From NCBI GenBank assembly GCA_050049835.1, contig JASFVM010000001.1:1-29113 (forward strand): a stretch of 29,113 nucleotides of DNA, read 5' to 3'. The DNA is from Gammaproteobacteria bacterium. Lineage in GTDB: Bacteria; Pseudomonadota; Gammaproteobacteria; SZUA-229. The position numbers were made by a program, and so were the translations under genes. The notes below the pieces were generated by a model, which had not been told where the DNA came from, ran no database searches, and saw nothing but the letters and a program-made list of their open reading frames with translations. Below, piece by piece: positions 27,188 to 29,113 of the stretch. How positions within the stretch are numbered: the stretch's first letter is position 1; the number at the start of each line of letters is the position of its first letter.

Positions 27188-27567
27188 AAATGCTCAGGAT
27201 TATCGTTCACATCTTCATAGGCACTGCTGGCAAATCTCGGTGTACAGATTGCCAGAAATACGAGCGCATCCTTACCTGCGTTGGTAATGCGCTGGCGACA
27301 CATCGGCGGTATCAGCACCACATCACCGGCGCTGACCTCCTGCGGCTGAAGATCACCGATTTCAACACGCCCGCGCCCCTGCAGAATAACATAGCGCTCT
27401 GCTGTAGCATGAAGCCGGTGCCACCGGGTCGTCACGCCGGGCTCAAGACACGCACGTGCAATTGAAACGTCCGGGTCGTCCGGCGAATTTGAAATCTCAG
27501 TGATATAGCAGCCTTCAGAAGTATAAAACTCTTCATCCGCAACCAGCCGACGAATCCCCTGCTTCAT
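27184..27567 (-). CDS. Cupin-domain protein
   Basis: T.WH.LH...ERYVILQG.G, GDVV.IPP..RQRI.N.G..LVFLAICTP. Confidence 0.85.
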   Translation of the reverse strand: MKQGIRRLVADEEFYTSEGCYITEISNSPDDPDVSIARACLEPGVTTRWHRLHATAERYVILQGRGRVEIGDLQPQEVSAGDVVLIPPMCRQRITNAGKDALVFLAICTPRFASSAYEDVNDNPEHL

Positions 27568-27581
27568 AACATCCTTTCCGA

Positions 27582-28118
27582 TTAATGTTTCTGCTCATTC
27601 TGTTCGATCTTTCCCGCAAGGTAAATAACACGTGCTGTTATTACCATCGTCAACAGTACCGCTGAACCAAATGCATATAAACCATAATGGGTTTCGACGC
27701 TGACCACAGCACCGAGTTTCACAGCAACGACCAGTAACGCTACGACAAATACATCCAGCATCGACCATTTGCCATATTGATGCATCAGATGCAGGTAACG
27801 GCGCAAGGTTTCATTATCTCCCGCCTGCGAGGTCAATAACCTGAACAGCACGCCCAGCTTGATCATCGGCAGCGCTACACTGAACAGGAAAATGATGACA
27901 AAAAGAAAGTACCTTTCTTCCTCCAGCATCCGGGCAAGCCCGGAAACAATGGAAAATGTATTATCAATGATGAAGAACTTTTCAAGGGTCATTACCGGTG
28001 TCGTCAGGCCGACGCCCAGACAGATAGCCGTGATCAGCAGCGATCCCAGCAGTAGCCTCGACTCAACCGGAAAACGACCGGGTATGCCGCCGCCAGACCT
28101 GTTCATGCCACCAGGCAC
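27582..28118 (-). CDS. Single-domain paraquat-inducible protein A (PqiA family)
   Basis: SIVSG...L, FLFSV..P..KL, GKWSMLDVFVVA motif. Confidence 0.88.
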   Translation of the reverse strand: MPGGMNRSGGGIPGRFPVESRLLLGSLLITAICLGVGLTTPVMTLEKFFIIDNTFSIVSGLARMLEEERYFLFVIIFLFSVALPMIKLGVLFRLLTSQAGDNETLRRYLHLMHQYGKWSMLDVFVVALLVVAVKLGAVVSVETHYGLYAFGSAVLLTMVITARVIYLAGKIEQNEQKH

Positions 28119-28124
28119 ATCAGC

Positions 28125-28724
28125 CTAGAAATACCTGGCCAGCTGACGATCGTGCAGCCTGGAGAGGAGCATCAGCGCAGCGACAGCACCCATCAGGGCG
28201 TACCACATATCAGACTGGGTATCCCATTCATACCCCTGCATGCCCAGAAACGCCTCAGACGCTTCTTCGCTGAGCAGCGCCACCCACCACTCGAGCAGCT
28301 CATACAGTGCACTGAGTGCCAGGCAAAAACAGACAATGAAGAAATTCCGCCAATGAATGCCACGTATTATATCCAGCCTGATCATCAGTTCTCTCGCAAT
28401 CATCGCGGGGACAAAACCCTGCATGATGTGACCCAGCTTGTCGAAATTGTTGCGGTCGAATCCAAACCATATCTTCATATCATCGAACAGGGGCACTTCC
28501 GCGTAGGTGTAATGCCCTCCAATCAGTAACACAATGCAATGAAGCAATATCAGCACATATAACAAAGGCGTTAAGCGGAAAGAGCGATATGTAATCACCA
28601 GCACAAAAACACCTATGATTACCGGGAAAATCTCGAGGTACCAGGTAGTCCTGTCCTTCGGTTCAATAGCTGACCAGATAAAAACGCCGGCCAGTATGGC
28701 AATCCAGGTTACCTGCCTGTACAT
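28125..28724 (-). CDS. DUF2238 (YjdF-like) membrane protein
   Basis: TWYLE, GGHYTYAEVP, RNNFDKLGH..QGFVPA, YEL.EW, QG..WDTQSDM. Confidence 0.92.
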   Translation of the reverse strand: MYRQVTWIAILAGVFIWSAIEPKDRTTWYLEIFPVIIGVFVLVITYRSFRLTPLLYVLILLHCIVLLIGGHYTYAEVPLFDDMKIWFGFDRNNFDKLGHIMQGFVPAMIARELMIRLDIIRGIHWRNFFIVCFCLALSALYELLEWWVALLSEEASEAFLGMQGYEWDTQSDMWYALMGAVAALMLLSRLHDRQLARYF

Positions 28725-28780
28725 GGGCCTGTTATCAGCTCAGGAGCAAAGCGATGTAAACAATCACTGTCGCGCATGAA

Positions 28781-29059
28781 CTATTTTGAACATTTTTTAT
28801 GTTGTGCAAAGACAAGACCAACAATCAACGATATAACAAATGCGGTCACAGCGGCAAAGGATATGTCCATGATCGATGCCTGGGCCAGGCTATCTGCCTG
28901 AACACGTACCAGTGCCCACGTAATCAAGGTAGCAACGATCACACTCACTGTATTGGCAACGACACCTTTCTCAATCATAAAATGACTGAAGAAAGCTGTA
29001 ATTGTAGCCACGATGATGACCAGTTCCATATGCGCGTGTTGGAAAATTCTCGATAACAC
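28781..29059 (-). CDS. Small hypothetical membrane protein (about 3 TM)
   Basis: Hydrophobic ORF co-oriented with the downstream cluster; start is GTG 29059 or ATG 29029. Confidence 0.6.
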   Translation of the reverse strand: MLSRIFQHAHMELVIIVATITAFFSHFMIEKGVVANTVSVIVATLITWALVRVQADSLAQASIMDISFAAVTAFVISLIVGLVFAQHKKCSK

Positions 29060-29113
29060 ATGATAGTCTTTATCCTGCGAGACTGCTACTGTTGCGCAAT
29101 CCGGTCACTTGAT

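Overview
Core chromosomal region of a Gammaproteobacterium (lineage inferred from gene content and order; moderate GC with AT-rich intergenic gaps). Conserved blocks: ald-ftsK-lolA-rarA divergent from trxB-DUF482 GNAT-(SBP, hypothetical)-aat; hom / Mth938-like; smr divergent from surE-pcm-yqaA-nlpD-rpoS. Accessory genes sit between them: EAL/PilZ/PhnD-like signalling genes, lipase maturation factor, CPA2 antiporter, a Campylobacterota-like thrC, ClC, RRM protein, and an M48-Bcp-cupin-PqiA-DUF2238 cluster. I found no rRNA, tRNA, CRISPR array, transposase or integrase. The most unusual signal is non-coding. There are two copies, in opposite orientation, of a nested inverted-repeat element: outer CACAGAG arms, conserved linkers, inner REP-like arms and a divergent core with a conserved apex motif. 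Sibling repeats with the same unit grammar, a GTAG REP doublet and a CTAG-ended element are also present, all at junctions between gene blocks. There is also an unannotated 36-aa membrane sORF. All alignments and coordinates were read by eye; no database searches were run.
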